A DNA stretch of 61,683 bases, taken from the sequence record SRR20825006_861; one strand, 5' to 3'. Below the pieces are notes generated by a model, which had not been told where the DNA came from, made no database searches, and saw only the letters and a program-made list of their open reading frames with translations. The translations under genes and the position numbers were made by a program. Positions 20,816 to 30,977 of the stretch are shown here, piece by piece; position 1 is the stretch's first letter, and each line of letters opens with the position of its first letter.

Positions 20816-23317
20816 GTGTCCCGCAAATCCCTACTCCTTCCTCTCATATCAGCGCTCACCCTGTTTGCTTGCGGAGAGCCCGCAGAACAAGAAGCCAACA
20901 ACGGCGCCGATGCCCAGAAGCAGGTCATCACGGTCGAGTCCTGCGATGGCAAATGCGATGGCTTCGAGAACGTCGCCGATCTCTACGAGGATATGAAAGA
21001 GGTCGAGCTCGAGGATCTCGTGGTCCTCGGCGCGCCTCACGCATCGGACGAGCTCAACGACGCGCTCGCGGTCAGTGATTACGCGAGCATCGCCATCGAG
21101 CCGACCACGTTGTATGGCGACGAGGAGGAGATCTTTGGCGAGACCACCGTCCACGACCTCGGGGATCTTAGCGCCGGGTTGACCGAGCGCTTTGGCGAGC
21201 GCGACTTCGCCGCGCGCATGGTCGAGCTTCGTCGCGCCGAAGCAGCGCGCGATGGCTCCTTCTACGCGGAGTCTCGGTTTATCATCGGCGGCAACCTCAA
21301 CAACTCCTTTGGCTTCGACGCGGGCGACGCGGTCGGCGCCGTGGGCTTTCAGGCTGGCGGCACCATCGAGACCGTCGCCGTCTCGAAGTTTGCTGGCGAC
21401 GAGCGCATCGACGCGGTCTTGAAGCAACCTCTCGAGGCGACGCGACGCGTGCGCGATTACATCCTCCCTCGCTCGATGGAGGACTACCGCGCGCTCGCTC
21501 CTGGCGAGGCGCTCGCGCTTCGCGCCGATGGCAGCCTCGGGTTTAACGTGGGCGCTGGCGTACCCTTCCTTATCGCGACGGTCGGATCGGCGCTGACGGT
21601 GCACGCGCGCCTCTCGCTCGCTGCGCGCGCTGCCCTCCAGGGTAAGCTCGATGTGCAATTGATTCGCGGCGAGGGCGATCTGCTCTATGTCGATGTCGGC
21701 ATGTCCAATGCGCGTATTCGCTCGTTGCAGGCTGCGCTCGAGCCAGGATTTGGCCTCGACGCGATCCCGAACGTGGATGTCAACCTCGCGGGAAGAACTG
21801 TCAGCCTTGGCGAGATCGCCAATGACGCGATGTTAAAGCAGCTCCAGAAGCACATCGACGTTCGCGCTGAGATCGGCTCCTCGGACGAGGAGGGTCGCCT
21901 GCGCGTGGCGCGCTTCGAGTTCGATCTCTCGCAGGATAGCGAGGCGATCGAGCAAGCGCTCGCGCAACTTCGCCGCGGTGATATGAGGCTCGCGCAGGCG
22001 CTCGCGCGTCAGGGCGAGGATGGCGTCAAGCAGTCCATCGACATGACCAAGGAGTATCACCACCACGACTTCAAGGCGGGCTTCAACTTCCTGAGCATGG
22101 CCTTCTATATCGACAACGGCTTCGACACCGGTCAGGTCACCATCGACACCGAGGAGGGCTCGCAGACCTTGCTCTTTACCGAGCTTCAGGAGAAGCGCGG
22201 CTTCTTCTTCACCGACCGCGAGTCGAGCTGGCGCACGCTGGTCTCGATCGAGCAACGCGATGGCGCTGACGTGAAAGGTCAGGTCAACGTGCGACACATC
22301 ATGCGCGAGGGCCAGGAGACCTTCTCGCGTGACGAGCTGCTCGATCACACCGACAGCATGCTCGCTGTCCTGGTCGGTCGCGATCACGCCGTGAGGTTGG
22401 CGGATGCGGTCGACGCGGTGGGCAACGCCGCCGATGACGCCTGCCGCGATCCAGGTTCGGACGCGAGCTTCTCAGAAGAGCGCGCCTACCGCGATTGCCT
22501 GCTCGCCACGCCCTCCAACCCGGATGTCGTGGGCGCGGTCAACGCCGCCTACGCAGAACTCGACGAGGTGCTCGCCGAGAGCGCAGTGCGCGATGGCTTC
22601 ACCGACGGTGACGCGATGGTGCGCGATCTCTACGCGTTTGAAATCACGCTGGCGAGCGCTGGCTATGATGCTGGCGAGAACGTCGCGCCTGATGGTCAGG
22701 TCGTCAGCGAGCTTCGCATCGCTGACCCTGGCGTCCACGAGCTGATGAACCCCGAGAACGCCGATCGCTTCATGGGCTCGCTCGAGACCACGTTGCGCAT
22801 GATGGCCACGCGTCGCACCAACGAGGATCTGGCGGACAAGCGCGCGGACATCGACGAGGAGATCGAAGACAAGACCGATCGCATGAACAAGATTCGCGAT
22901 CAGTTCATCCGCGTCGCGGTCAGCTTCCAGGACCTCGATCGCGCCGCGCAGCTCGACTTCCAGGAAGGGAGCGTCGGCAACCACGCCAACCTCATCCTCG
23001 TCGACGAGGAGCAGCAGCTCGACTTGCGCACCATCGCCGAGCACAAGGGCAAGCTGCTCGAGAACTTCGTGCCCGATATCGTCGATGTCGCCAACGGCTC
23101 GATCTTCACGGGTCTCGGCGAGCCAGAGATTTATGTCGTCGGGTACGCGCTCGCTGGCGCCGTCTCGCCGCAACACCTCGAGTGGGTCTACTCCTGGACC
23201 TTCGATGAGGACGAGCGCCTCGTCTTCGACCCCTTTAGCTTCTACTTCCGAGGCTCCTCGCCGCTCATCGACGCGGGCGTCTTCGATCTCGACGTGTTGC
23301 TCGGCGCCAAGCCCTGA
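20816..23317 (+). CDS. Large acidic hypothetical lipoprotein
   Basis: GTG start gives SRKSLLLPLISALTLFAC (lipobox), followed by a CDGKCDG motif. Long ORF with typical codon usage; no catalytic motif recognised. Confidence 0.8.
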   Translation: MSRKSLLLPLISALTLFACGEPAEQEANNGADAQKQVITVESCDGKCDGFENVADLYEDMKEVELEDLVVLGAPHASDELNDALAVSDYASIAIEPTTLYGDEEEIFGETTVHDLGDLSAGLTERFGERDFAARMVELRRAEAARDGSFYAESRFIIGGNLNNSFGFDAGDAVGAVGFQAGGTIETVAVSKFAGDERIDAVLKQPLEATRRVRDYILPRSMEDYRALAPGEALALRADGSLGFNVGAGVPFLIATVGSALTVHARLSLAARAALQGKLDVQLIRGEGDLLYVDVGMSNARIRSLQAALEPGFGLDAIPNVDVNLAGRTVSLGEIANDAMLKQLQKHIDVRAEIGSSDEEGRLRVARFEFDLSQDSEAIEQALAQLRRGDMRLAQALARQGEDGVKQSIDMTKEYHHHDFKAGFNFLSMAFYIDNGFDTGQVTIDTEEGSQTLLFTELQEKRGFFFTDRESSWRTLVSIEQRDGADVKGQVNVRHIMREGQETFSRDELLDHTDSMLAVLVGRDHAVRLADAVDAVGNAADDACRDPGSDASFSEERAYRDCLLATPSNPDVVGAVNAAYAELDEVLAESAVRDGFTDGDAMVRDLYAFEITLASAGYDAGENVAPDGQVVSELRIADPGVHELMNPENADRFMGSLETTLRMMATRRTNEDLADKRADIDEEIEDKTDRMNKIRDQFIRVAVSFQDLDRAAQLDFQEGSVGNHANLILVDEEQQLDLRTIAEHKGKLLENFVPDIVDVANGSIFTGLGEPEIYVVGYALAGAVSPQHLEWVYSWTFDEDERLVFDPFSFYFRGSSPLIDAGVFDLDVLLGAKP

Positions 23318-23355
23318 GTGATTTCGAGGAGGAACTTCGCGCGGCGCTCCGCCGA

Positions 23356-23441
23356 GCAAAAAGAAGCCGCCGGGCTATTTTGCTGACTGGAATCAGACGA
23401 CTCCAGCCTTACAGCAAAATAGCCCGGCGGCTTCTTTTTGC
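23356..23441. repeat. Perfect 30-bp inverted repeat with 26-nt loop between convergent genes (possible bidirectional terminator)
   Basis: gcaaaaagaagccgccgggctattttgctg (23356-23385) and its exact reverse complement (23412-23441); inner ctgga/tccag stem. Confidence 0.9.
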
Positions 23442-23488
23442 GAGCCGCTCGGGCGCTCTATGGCGCCCGAGAAGTCAGCACATCCGCG

Positions 23489-25306
23489 TCATTGCACCGT
23501 CAGTGGAGGCGTGATCGTGGTCGGGATCCCCGCCGCCGCGAACGAGATGTCATTGAGAGGCCAGCCGTTTCTGTTCGAGTTGGGCGAGGTCGAGCAGGAG
23601 CCGTCCGAGTACTGGATACTCCCTGCGGGGCCAAAGGAGCCCGATGTCGAGAACCCGTTGGCGTCTGGGTTCGCGGTCTGCGCGAAGGTTCCGCGCTGCT
23701 CGTCCCAGACGAGGAACGCCGCGTAGGTCTGGCGAGGCGTGGCGCTGCCCGAGTTCAACACGGGACCGACGCTGCACGAGGCATCCGAGTACCAGATCTG
23801 GCTCGTGAAGAAGTCTCCATCCCAGGCCACGCTGTAGTAATAGTTGTTCGGCGTGAGCAGCGTGACGCCAGATGCCGAGAGCGAGACGAGCTTGCCGAGG
23901 TTGCGCCCGTTGGCGTCCACCACGATCTGCGCTCCGCCATCGGCACCATCTGCACCGTTCTGGCCGTCCGCGCCATCCTGACCATCGGCGCCGTTGGCGC
24001 CGTTGCAGACATTGCGCGTCGTGTCGACCTCGCCGCTCGAGAGCACGCCATCGCGCGCGGTGCCATTGCCGTCGCCGTTGTCCAACCCGACGTCGATGCG
24101 TTGACCACCGTTGGGGCAGGCGATGTTGGGGTTGATCGTGACGAGGTTCACGAGCGTCGAGAAGCCATTCGCGCCATCCTGTCCAGGCGCGCCGTCCTGA
24201 CCATCTTGCCCTGGAGCGCCGTCCTGGCCGTCCTGTCCTGGCGCGCCATCTTGACCGTCGGCGCCGTCTTGACCGTCCAGGCCATTGGTGCCGTTGCAAA
24301 CCGCCGAGGTCGCGTCGACCTCGTCAGCCTCGAGCGTGCCGTTGTTCGCCGTGCCATTGCCATCGCCGTTATCCAGACCTGTCTCGATGAGCTGGCCGCC
24401 GTTAGCGCACAGGTTTGCTGGAGCAGCGCTGATGTTGACGAGCGAGGTGACGCCGTTCTGGCCATCGGCGCCATCCTGACCATCGGCGCCATTTTGACCG
24501 TCGGCGCCATCAGCGCCATCAGCGCCGTTCTGGCCATCGGCACCATCGGCACCGTCAGCGCCAGCGGCGCCGTTGCAGACATCACGTGATGCGTCGATCT
24601 CATCAGGCTCGAGCGTGCCGTTGTTCGCCGTGCCGCCTCCATCGCCATTGTCGAGGCCGATGTCGAGGCCAAAGCCCCCGTTGGGACAAGCTGCAGCGCT
24701 GGCATCGCGAGGAACCACGAGGTTCACGGGAGCATCCGCGCCATTGCACACGAACGAGGACTGGTCGACCTCCTCGAGCTGGAGCACGCCATCGCGAGCG
24801 GTCGCGCCACCATCGCCATTATCGAGGCCGACGTCGACGCGCTGACCACCCTGTGGGCACTCCGCGCCAGGTGTCTCTTCGGTGAGGTTGACGAGCGTGC
24901 TGAAGCCATCCTGCCCGTTCATGCCATCCGCGCCATCCGAGCCGTCGGCCCCTGGTGTTCCCGCCTCGCCATCCGAGCCATCAGCGCCATCCGCTCCGGG
25001 AGTCCCGGCCTCGCCATCTTCTCCATCGGAGCCATCCGCGCCATTGCAGACGAGCTTGGTGTCGGTCTCCTCCGACTCGTCGAGCGCGCCGTTTCCGTTT
25101 GTATCCAGGCCAGTGACGATCGCGAGGCCACCGGCCTCGCAATCATCGCCCGCTTCGACAACGTCCACGCGCACCGCGGCGCCGACCGCGCTGTCTCCGC
25201 CATTGCTCGTGTTGTTGTCTTCGTTGTTTCCGCCACCGCAGCCCCAAATCAGCAGCGATGTCGCGAGCAAGGTCATCTTCGTCGTGTGCTTCAATTCACC
25301 CTCCAC
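23489..25306 (-). CDS. Collagen-like lipoprotein with five Cys-bounded repeats (DUF7151-like)
   Basis: Lipobox LIWGC; five C..GG.....GLD(NGDG)...NG.L...E......CNG units interleaved with four Gly-X-Y runs (GAD/GQD/GAP). Exact start uncertain (25306, 25294 or 25276). Confidence 0.85.
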   Translation of the reverse strand: MEGELKHTTKMTLLATSLLIWGCGGGNNEDNNTSNGGDSAVGAAVRVDVVEAGDDCEAGGLAIVTGLDTNGNGALDESEETDTKLVCNGADGSDGEDGEAGTPGADGADGSDGEAGTPGADGSDGADGMNGQDGFSTLVNLTEETPGAECPQGGQRVDVGLDNGDGGATARDGVLQLEEVDQSSFVCNGADAPVNLVVPRDASAAACPNGGFGLDIGLDNGDGGGTANNGTLEPDEIDASRDVCNGAAGADGADGADGQNGADGADGADGQNGADGQDGADGQNGVTSLVNISAAPANLCANGGQLIETGLDNGDGNGTANNGTLEADEVDATSAVCNGTNGLDGQDGADGQDGAPGQDGQDGAPGQDGQDGAPGQDGANGFSTLVNLVTINPNIACPNGGQRIDVGLDNGDGNGTARDGVLSSGEVDTTRNVCNGANGADGQDGADGQNGADGADGGAQIVVDANGRNLGKLVSLSASGVTLLTPNNYYYSVAWDGDFFTSQIWYSDASCSVGPVLNSGSATPRQTYAAFLVWDEQRGTFAQTANPDANGFSTSGSFGPAGSIQYSDGSCSTSPNSNRNGWPLNDISFAAAGIPTTITPPLTVQ

Positions 25307-25744
25307 ATTGTCTCTTTAAAGGTATCGTATGGTCGCGAACCACTTCGTGTGATTCGCTCGTTCATCTTCCGGCTCATCGCCTGGGTTCGGATATACTGCG
25401 GCTCTGTTTGCCAGAGTCTTTAATCTATCCAGGTGAAAAACCTTGTTGGAGGCAGAACTATCACGGCGTCGACGTCGGTATCAAATAGAAATGGATAGAT
25501 TGATTGTTTTGCGTGATCGTATCGCGATATGTTTCTTGTCGCATCTCCGCGCAAGAAAATTGCAGAGAATCGCATGCCTGCTGTTGCTTTCCCGGTGCGA
25601 GTGATCACATTGCCCATCATCGACGCAGACGTCGAATCCGCACGCCCTGCTTCCCACACGAGGAGCGGGGTTGTTTTTTGTTCACGGCGCGAACACTTCG
25701 CCGCAAACAAGCGCCCGCGACAGGCGGGCAACGAGGATATGCCC

Positions 25745-27742
25745 ATGCGCATCGCCTTCACTCACAACCTGCAAATGTCGCAGGATGAGGATAACGCCGA
25801 GTTCGACACCCCCGCGACCATCGAAGCGATCAGCGAGGCGCTCCGCGCGCTCGGTCACGATGTTTACCCGGTCGAGGTCTCTGGCCCCGCCTCGCGCCTC
25901 GTCGCGAGGCTCGAGACGCTGCGCCCCGAGCTCGTCTTCAACACCGCAGAGGGGACGCGCGGCCGCTACCGCGAGGCGTTCTACCCCGCGCTCTTCGAGC
26001 AGCTCGGGCTCCCCTTCACCGGCTCGGATGCCTACGTCTGTGGTCTGACGCTCGACAAACAGATGACCAAGCTGCTCGCCAGACAGGCTGGCGTTCCCAC
26101 GCCTGCCTGGGCCTACTTCGACGCGGAGCATCCGCTCACCGAGACGCTGCCAGAGCTTCGCTACCCCGTCATCGTCAAACCCAACTTCGAGGGCTCCTCC
26201 AAGGGAATCACCAAGGACAGCATCGCGCGCACGCCAGATAAGCTGCGCGAGGTGCTCTCCACCATGATCGCGAAGTACCCCGCGGGCGTGCTCGTCGAGG
26301 AGTTTATCGTCGGCCAGGATGTCACCGTGCCTTTCCTCGAGAAGGTCGGCGTCCTCTCGCCAGCGGCCTATCGCATGGAGGGGATCGACGCGGCGCCCGG
26401 CTGGGGCATCTACGATTACGCGCTCAAGAACGAGTACTCCGATCGCGTGCATATCGAGATCCCCGCGCCCGTCTCCGATGACCTCCACAAGAAGCTCGTC
26501 GAGATGACACGCCGCGTGATGCGCGGGCTCGAAATCCGCGACCTCGGCCGCGCGGACTTTCGCGTCACGCCCGAGGGAGAGTTGTTCTTTATCGAGGTCA
26601 ACGCGCTGCCAAGCCTCGAGCCCGGCGCCTCGCTCTACGAGTCCGCAAAGCTCGCCGGTTTGGAGCGCGTCCAGGATGTCCTCGAGGTCGTCGTCCAGAG
26701 CGCCGTCGAACGCCAAAACATCAAGGCGCGTCTTCCTCGCACTCCCGATACGCTCGTCGTCGGCCTGACCTACAACGTGCGTCGCGTCGATCCTCGCAGC
26801 GGCGATGACCGCGACGCCGAGTTCGACTCTCAGGACACCATCGACGCCATCAGCAAGGCGATCGAGAGCTTTGGCCATGACGTCGTGCTGCTCGAGGCCA
26901 CCCGCGAGCTGCCAAGGCAGCTCGGTGACGTGGATCTCGACATCGTCTTCAACATCGCCGAAGGCTTCGCTGGCCGAAGCCGCGAGGCGCAGGTCCCCGC
27001 GCTGCTCGAGCTCATGGGCATCCCTTACACAGGGAGCGATCCCGCTGCGCTCGCCATCACGCTCGACAAGAGCCTGGCAAAGCGCATCGTGCGCGAGGCT
27101 GGCGTCGCCACAGCGCGCGCGCTGATCCTGGCGAGCACCGATCCGATCCCCACCGAGCTTCGCTATCCCGTGATCGTGAAGCCGAACCTCGAGGGGAGCT
27201 CCAAGGGCGTCTCGCGCACTTCGGTGGCCAGGAATCAGGACGAGCTCTCGGAGTTGTTGACCTCGCTTCGCAAGAAATTCTCATCGCCCATGCTCCTCGA
27301 AGAGTTCCTGCCCGGTCGCGAGTTTACCGTCGGCGTCCTCGGAGATATCTCGCCGCGCGTGCTTCCTCCCATGGAGGTCGTCTTCGACGAGAGCTGCGGG
27401 GATTTGCCCATCTACTCCTACGAGCACAAGACCGGCGAGGACACGAGCGCGACGTTCGAGGTCCCCGCGAAGCTCGATGAGGAGCTTCGCGAGAAGCTTC
27501 ATCAGGCCGCGCTCGATTGCTTCGTCGCGCTCGGGTGCAGAGACGTGGCTCGCGTCGACTTCCGACTCGACGCCGATGGAGTGCCAAACTTCATCGAGTG
27601 CAACCCGCTCCCTGGTTTGAGCCCTGGCTACTCGGATCTTTGCGTCATCGCGCAGAGCGTCGGCATGGATCACACCGCGCTCGTCGGCGCGATCCTCGCC
27701 CCCGCCGTTCGTCGCATGAAGAACGCGAGAGAGGAGCGCTAG
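25745..27742 (+). CDS. Tandem double ATP-grasp ligase (two fused D-Ala-D-Ala-ligase-like domains)
   Basis: Both halves carry AEFD...TI.AI, VFN.AEG, PF/YTGSD, TLDK, YPVIVKPN.EGSSKG, R.DFR and FIE.N.LP.L.PG.S. Confidence 0.88.
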   Translation: MRIAFTHNLQMSQDEDNAEFDTPATIEAISEALRALGHDVYPVEVSGPASRLVARLETLRPELVFNTAEGTRGRYREAFYPALFEQLGLPFTGSDAYVCGLTLDKQMTKLLARQAGVPTPAWAYFDAEHPLTETLPELRYPVIVKPNFEGSSKGITKDSIARTPDKLREVLSTMIAKYPAGVLVEEFIVGQDVTVPFLEKVGVLSPAAYRMEGIDAAPGWGIYDYALKNEYSDRVHIEIPAPVSDDLHKKLVEMTRRVMRGLEIRDLGRADFRVTPEGELFFIEVNALPSLEPGASLYESAKLAGLERVQDVLEVVVQSAVERQNIKARLPRTPDTLVVGLTYNVRRVDPRSGDDRDAEFDSQDTIDAISKAIESFGHDVVLLEATRELPRQLGDVDLDIVFNIAEGFAGRSREAQVPALLELMGIPYTGSDPAALAITLDKSLAKRIVREAGVATARALILASTDPIPTELRYPVIVKPNLEGSSKGVSRTSVARNQDELSELLTSLRKKFSSPMLLEEFLPGREFTVGVLGDISPRVLPPMEVVFDESCGDLPIYSYEHKTGEDTSATFEVPAKLDEELREKLHQAALDCFVALGCRDVARVDFRLDADGVPNFIECNPLPGLSPGYSDLCVIAQSVGMDHTALVGAILAPAVRRMKNAREER

Positions 27743-27744
27743 CT

Positions 27745-28836
27745 ATGAACCACACCAATGAGAAGAAGCGATGTCGCGCGCGTGACCTCGGCGTCGAAAT
27801 CGGACGCCTTCCTCCTGGCCCCAACAACGCCATCACTGACGTCGATGGCGTGCGCGTGGGGCACGTGACCTTGCTCCAGGACAGCCCCCAGGTGGCGAGG
27901 ACGGGCGTCACCGTGGTGATGCCCAACGAAGGGAGGATCTTTGACGAGCGCGTCGTCGGGAGCGCGTTCGTGCTCAATGGCGCTGGCGAGCTCTCGGGGA
28001 TCACTCAACTTCGCGAGTGGGGCATCCTCGAGACCCCCATCGCCCTGACCAACACGATGTCCGTGGGGACGTGTTCTCGCGGACTGGTCGATTACATGCT
28101 CGCGCGTCACTCCGAAATCGGTGACGCCGCTGATGTCGTCATCCCGGTCGTCGGAGAGTGCGATGATAGCTGGCTCAATGACGTGACCGCGCAACACATC
28201 ATGCCATCGCATATCCTCCAGGCGATCGACGCGGCTCGCGGCGACGTGGTGGAAGAGGGGAGCGTCGGCGCGGGGACGGGGATGATCACCTGTGACCTCA
28301 AGGCGGGCATCGGGACCTCCTCGCGCCTGGTCGAGATCGGCGCCGAGCGCTTCACGCTCGGCGTGTTGGTGCTCTCGAACTTCGGGACGCTCTCACAGCT
28401 TCGCATCGACGGTCGCGCGTTCGGTCGCTTCCTCGAAGAGCGCGGCATGATCGAGGATCGTCGTCGCGTCAACTACGGGAGCATCATCTGCGTGGTCGCC
28501 ACGGATGCTCCGCTGACGCCCCACCAACTCGGCAGGATCTCGAAGCGCGCCGCGCTCGGGATCGGGCGGTGTGGCTCGACGGCGAACCATGGCTCGGGCG
28601 AGATCGTGTTGGCATTTTCGACGGGAAACACAGTCCCGAGGGCGCCAGAGATCCTGCGCTTTCACTGGGATGTGTTGGCGGACCACGCGATCAACCCGCT
28701 CTACGAGGCGACCGTGGACGCGACCGAGGAGGCGATCCTCAACGCGCTGTTTGCCGCCAATACAATGACAGGCCGCCAGGGGAGGGTGGTGCCTGGACTC
28801 CCTCACGAGCTCTTTGCCGAGTGGTGGTCAAGGTGA
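27745..28836 (+). CDS. DmpA/P1-family (S58-like) aminopeptidase
   Basis: RARDLG, GPNNAITDVDGVRVGHVT, PVVGECDDSWLND, EGSVGAGTGM, autoprocessing G|SIICVVATDAPL, and GSGEIVLAFST; starts 2 nt after the ligase stop. Confidence 0.9.
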   Translation: MNHTNEKKRCRARDLGVEIGRLPPGPNNAITDVDGVRVGHVTLLQDSPQVARTGVTVVMPNEGRIFDERVVGSAFVLNGAGELSGITQLREWGILETPIALTNTMSVGTCSRGLVDYMLARHSEIGDAADVVIPVVGECDDSWLNDVTAQHIMPSHILQAIDAARGDVVEEGSVGAGTGMITCDLKAGIGTSSRLVEIGAERFTLGVLVLSNFGTLSQLRIDGRAFGRFLEERGMIEDRRRVNYGSIICVVATDAPLTPHQLGRISKRAALGIGRCGSTANHGSGEIVLAFSTGNTVPRAPEILRFHWDVLADHAINPLYEATVDATEEAILNALFAANTMTGRQGRVVPGLPHELFAEWWSR

Positions 28837-29706
28837 CGTGGGTCGCTCGACCCCTTCTGGCCAGGTCGAGTGCGCGTCGACAAGGAACCCGTCGACGCGC
28901 GCTTCTTTAAAGCTCGCCTCTTTAAACGAACTCTTCCTCGCCGCGGCGCTCGCGAGCGCCGCCTTCTCGAAGTTTGCCTTCTCGAACTTGCTGCGAAACA
29001 GGTCCGCGCTCGCGAACACTGCCTCGCTCAAATTCGCGCCCGTGGCGTCGACGGCGTCGAATCGCACGTGACTGAGATCTGCGCCGACGAGTCTGGCGTT
29101 GGTCAGGATCGTGTGCGCGAAGCCGGTGTGTTGAAAGTTCGTCTTCTCGGCATTCGCCGTGCTCAGGTCGGTGTCCGTCAGATCCGCGCGAGTGATCTTC
29201 GCGCGCGCCAACGTGGCGCTCTTCATGTCGGCCTCGCGAAAGGTCACGAAGTTGCCGTTCGCCTCGCTCATGACCACGAACCGAAGATCCGCCTTCCTGA
29301 AGTCAGCGCGCTCGAGCTCTGCTCGAATGAACGAGGCGTTCCTCGCGCGCATCTGTTGCAGGTTGGCGCCCGTGAGCGTGGCCTCATCGAAGGTCGCCTT
29401 GGGCGCGAACGTGTGCGCGAACCGTGCCCCTGTGAGGTTTGCCTTGCGAAGATCTGCCTTCTCCAGCGTGGCGCCGGTGAGGTTCGCGCCGCTGAGATCG
29501 ACGCCGCGCATCTTCGCCTTGGTGAGGTTGACGTTGCGCATGTCTGCGCCAGCGAGGTTCAGGCCGCTAAGGTCTTTCCCCGAGAGGTCTGCGCCAGGGC
29601 ACGAGAGGTTCGCGCAGAGCTCGGCCTCGCTCGATGCTCGTTCGGGGAGCAGCAGGCCGAGGCCAAGGAGTGCGACAGACAGCAGGGCCGGTGCGCGTTT
29701 ATCCAT
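28828..29706 (-). CDS. Secreted pentapeptide-repeat protein
   Basis: Signal-peptide-like N-terminus followed by continuous A(D/N)LXX repeats. Confidence 0.9.
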   Translation of the reverse strand: MDKRAPALLSVALLGLGLLLPERASSEAELCANLSCPGADLSGKDLSGLNLAGADMRNVNLTKAKMRGVDLSGANLTGATLEKADLRKANLTGARFAHTFAPKATFDEATLTGANLQQMRARNASFIRAELERADFRKADLRFVVMSEANGNFVTFREADMKSATLARAKITRADLTDTDLSTANAEKTNFQHTGFAHTILTNARLVGADLSHVRFDAVDATGANLSEAVFASADLFRSKFEKANFEKAALASAAARKSSFKEASFKEARVDGFLVDAHSTWPEGVERPTSP

Positions 29707-30790
29707 AGAAGATGATCTGGTTGACGCGCGCCATGTCCTCGATGCTGTCCCATCGCCCCAGTGATTTCGAGGTGACGAGCAGGTTGTTCAAAAAGACCTC
29801 GCCAGTCTCCGGCGAGGTCAGGCTCGCCTTGACGCATCGCAGCAGCTCGTACTGGTGCGCGACCGAGTCCCAGGCGACCACGTGCACGATCCCGCTGCGC
29901 GAGGGGCCGCAGAAGAGCACGAGGTGGTAGGAGAGGCACGAGGTCAGGTTCGGCGCGGCGGCGCAAAGTGAGAAGTGAGGGTTGTGGTAGAGCATCGCCT
30001 CGGGGAGATCGAGCGCCTGGCGCACTTCCTCGAGCGCGATGCGCGTGCGCTCCAGCGGATCGAGCCTGGCGAGGTCCTCCTGTTCGTCGTCATCGAGAGG
30101 GCGCCAGCAACCCTCGATGCGATCGAGGACTTCGATATGGCCCGTGCGCAGCTTGTAGTCCATGCAGGGGTCCCCGCACAGCACGTAGCCCGCGTAGTAG
30201 TATTTGAGGCCGCGCTCCTTGGCGAACTCGAGCTCGGCGAGCATGGTGTAAAAGCCCATGCTGTAGGAGGCGACGCTCGGGTCGTAGACGCCGCTGATGC
30301 TCTCGACGCTCTCTTCGCCAATGTCGAACCAGCTAAACGCGACGAGCTCGTCGCCTCGCCAGACAGAGATCTCCCAGGTGTCGAAGATGTTGTTCGCGCC
30401 AAAACCACCCGCGAGGTTGCTCAGGGTCGGCGCGCGCGAGCCCTCGGTCGTGCTCAGATAGCGTTGGTAGAGGAGCTCGTGCTGCATGTCGTGAACCTGG
30501 CGGTGGATGCGCACGGTGAAGTCGCGCTCCACCTTGTTGCGAATCCGGCGCAGGCTCTTGCGAGGGCGGTATGATTCGAGCGGAACACGCGTCCACACGA
30601 CCCCGAAGGTGCCCTGATCCATCGCCACGAACTCGCAGAACGAGATGTTCTGACCGATGCGATACCAGCCCGCTTCGAGGTAAGCGTCGAGCTCCTCGGG
30701 AGGCAGCGTCTCTGGCTCCACACGACGCGTCGCGCACAGCGGGAGGCCGTCTCTCGAGATGGTGGTGTGGTTTGGTGTGTGAGTCGCCAC
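29699..30790 (-). CDS. Arginyl-tRNA-protein-transferase-like protein (ATE/Bpt family) with C-terminal extension
   Basis: ELDAYLEAGWYRIG, LYQRY, LVAFSWFDIG, YDP..ASYSMGFYTMLAELEFA, YYYAGY and MDYK. Start uncertain; GTG 30790 chosen. Confidence 0.75.
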   Translation of the reverse strand: MATHTPNHTTISRDGLPLCATRRVEPETLPPEELDAYLEAGWYRIGQNISFCEFVAMDQGTFGVVWTRVPLESYRPRKSLRRIRNKVERDFTVRIHRQVHDMQHELLYQRYLSTTEGSRAPTLSNLAGGFGANNIFDTWEISVWRGDELVAFSWFDIGEESVESISGVYDPSVASYSMGFYTMLAELEFAKERGLKYYYAGYVLCGDPCMDYKLRTGHIEVLDRIEGCWRPLDDDEQEDLARLDPLERTRIALEEVRQALDLPEAMLYHNPHFSLCAAAPNLTSCLSYHLVLFCGPSRSGIVHVVAWDSVAHQYELLRCVKASLTSPETGEVFLNNLLVTSKSLGRWDSIEDMARVNQIIFYG

Positions 30791-30977
30791 GTTCTTCCCG
30801 TTACATTGGGGGTTCAGTTTGTCGAGGTCGAGGTTCAACTCCCCCCAACTATAGGATGAACTCGCTCGAGCATGAAAGTATGCATGAGCCTTGATCTGGA
30901 TACCAGCGGAATATAAACGGTTGCGGTCGCTCCTTCTCCCGAGCTTAGGCCGCTCTCCATGCACTCTCAGGTGATCT

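Noticed and set aside
23940..25050. Short tandem DNA repeats as a possible CRISPR array or VNTR
   Set aside because: They encode Gly-X-Y collagen triplets. There are no constant repeats with unique spacers and no cas genes.
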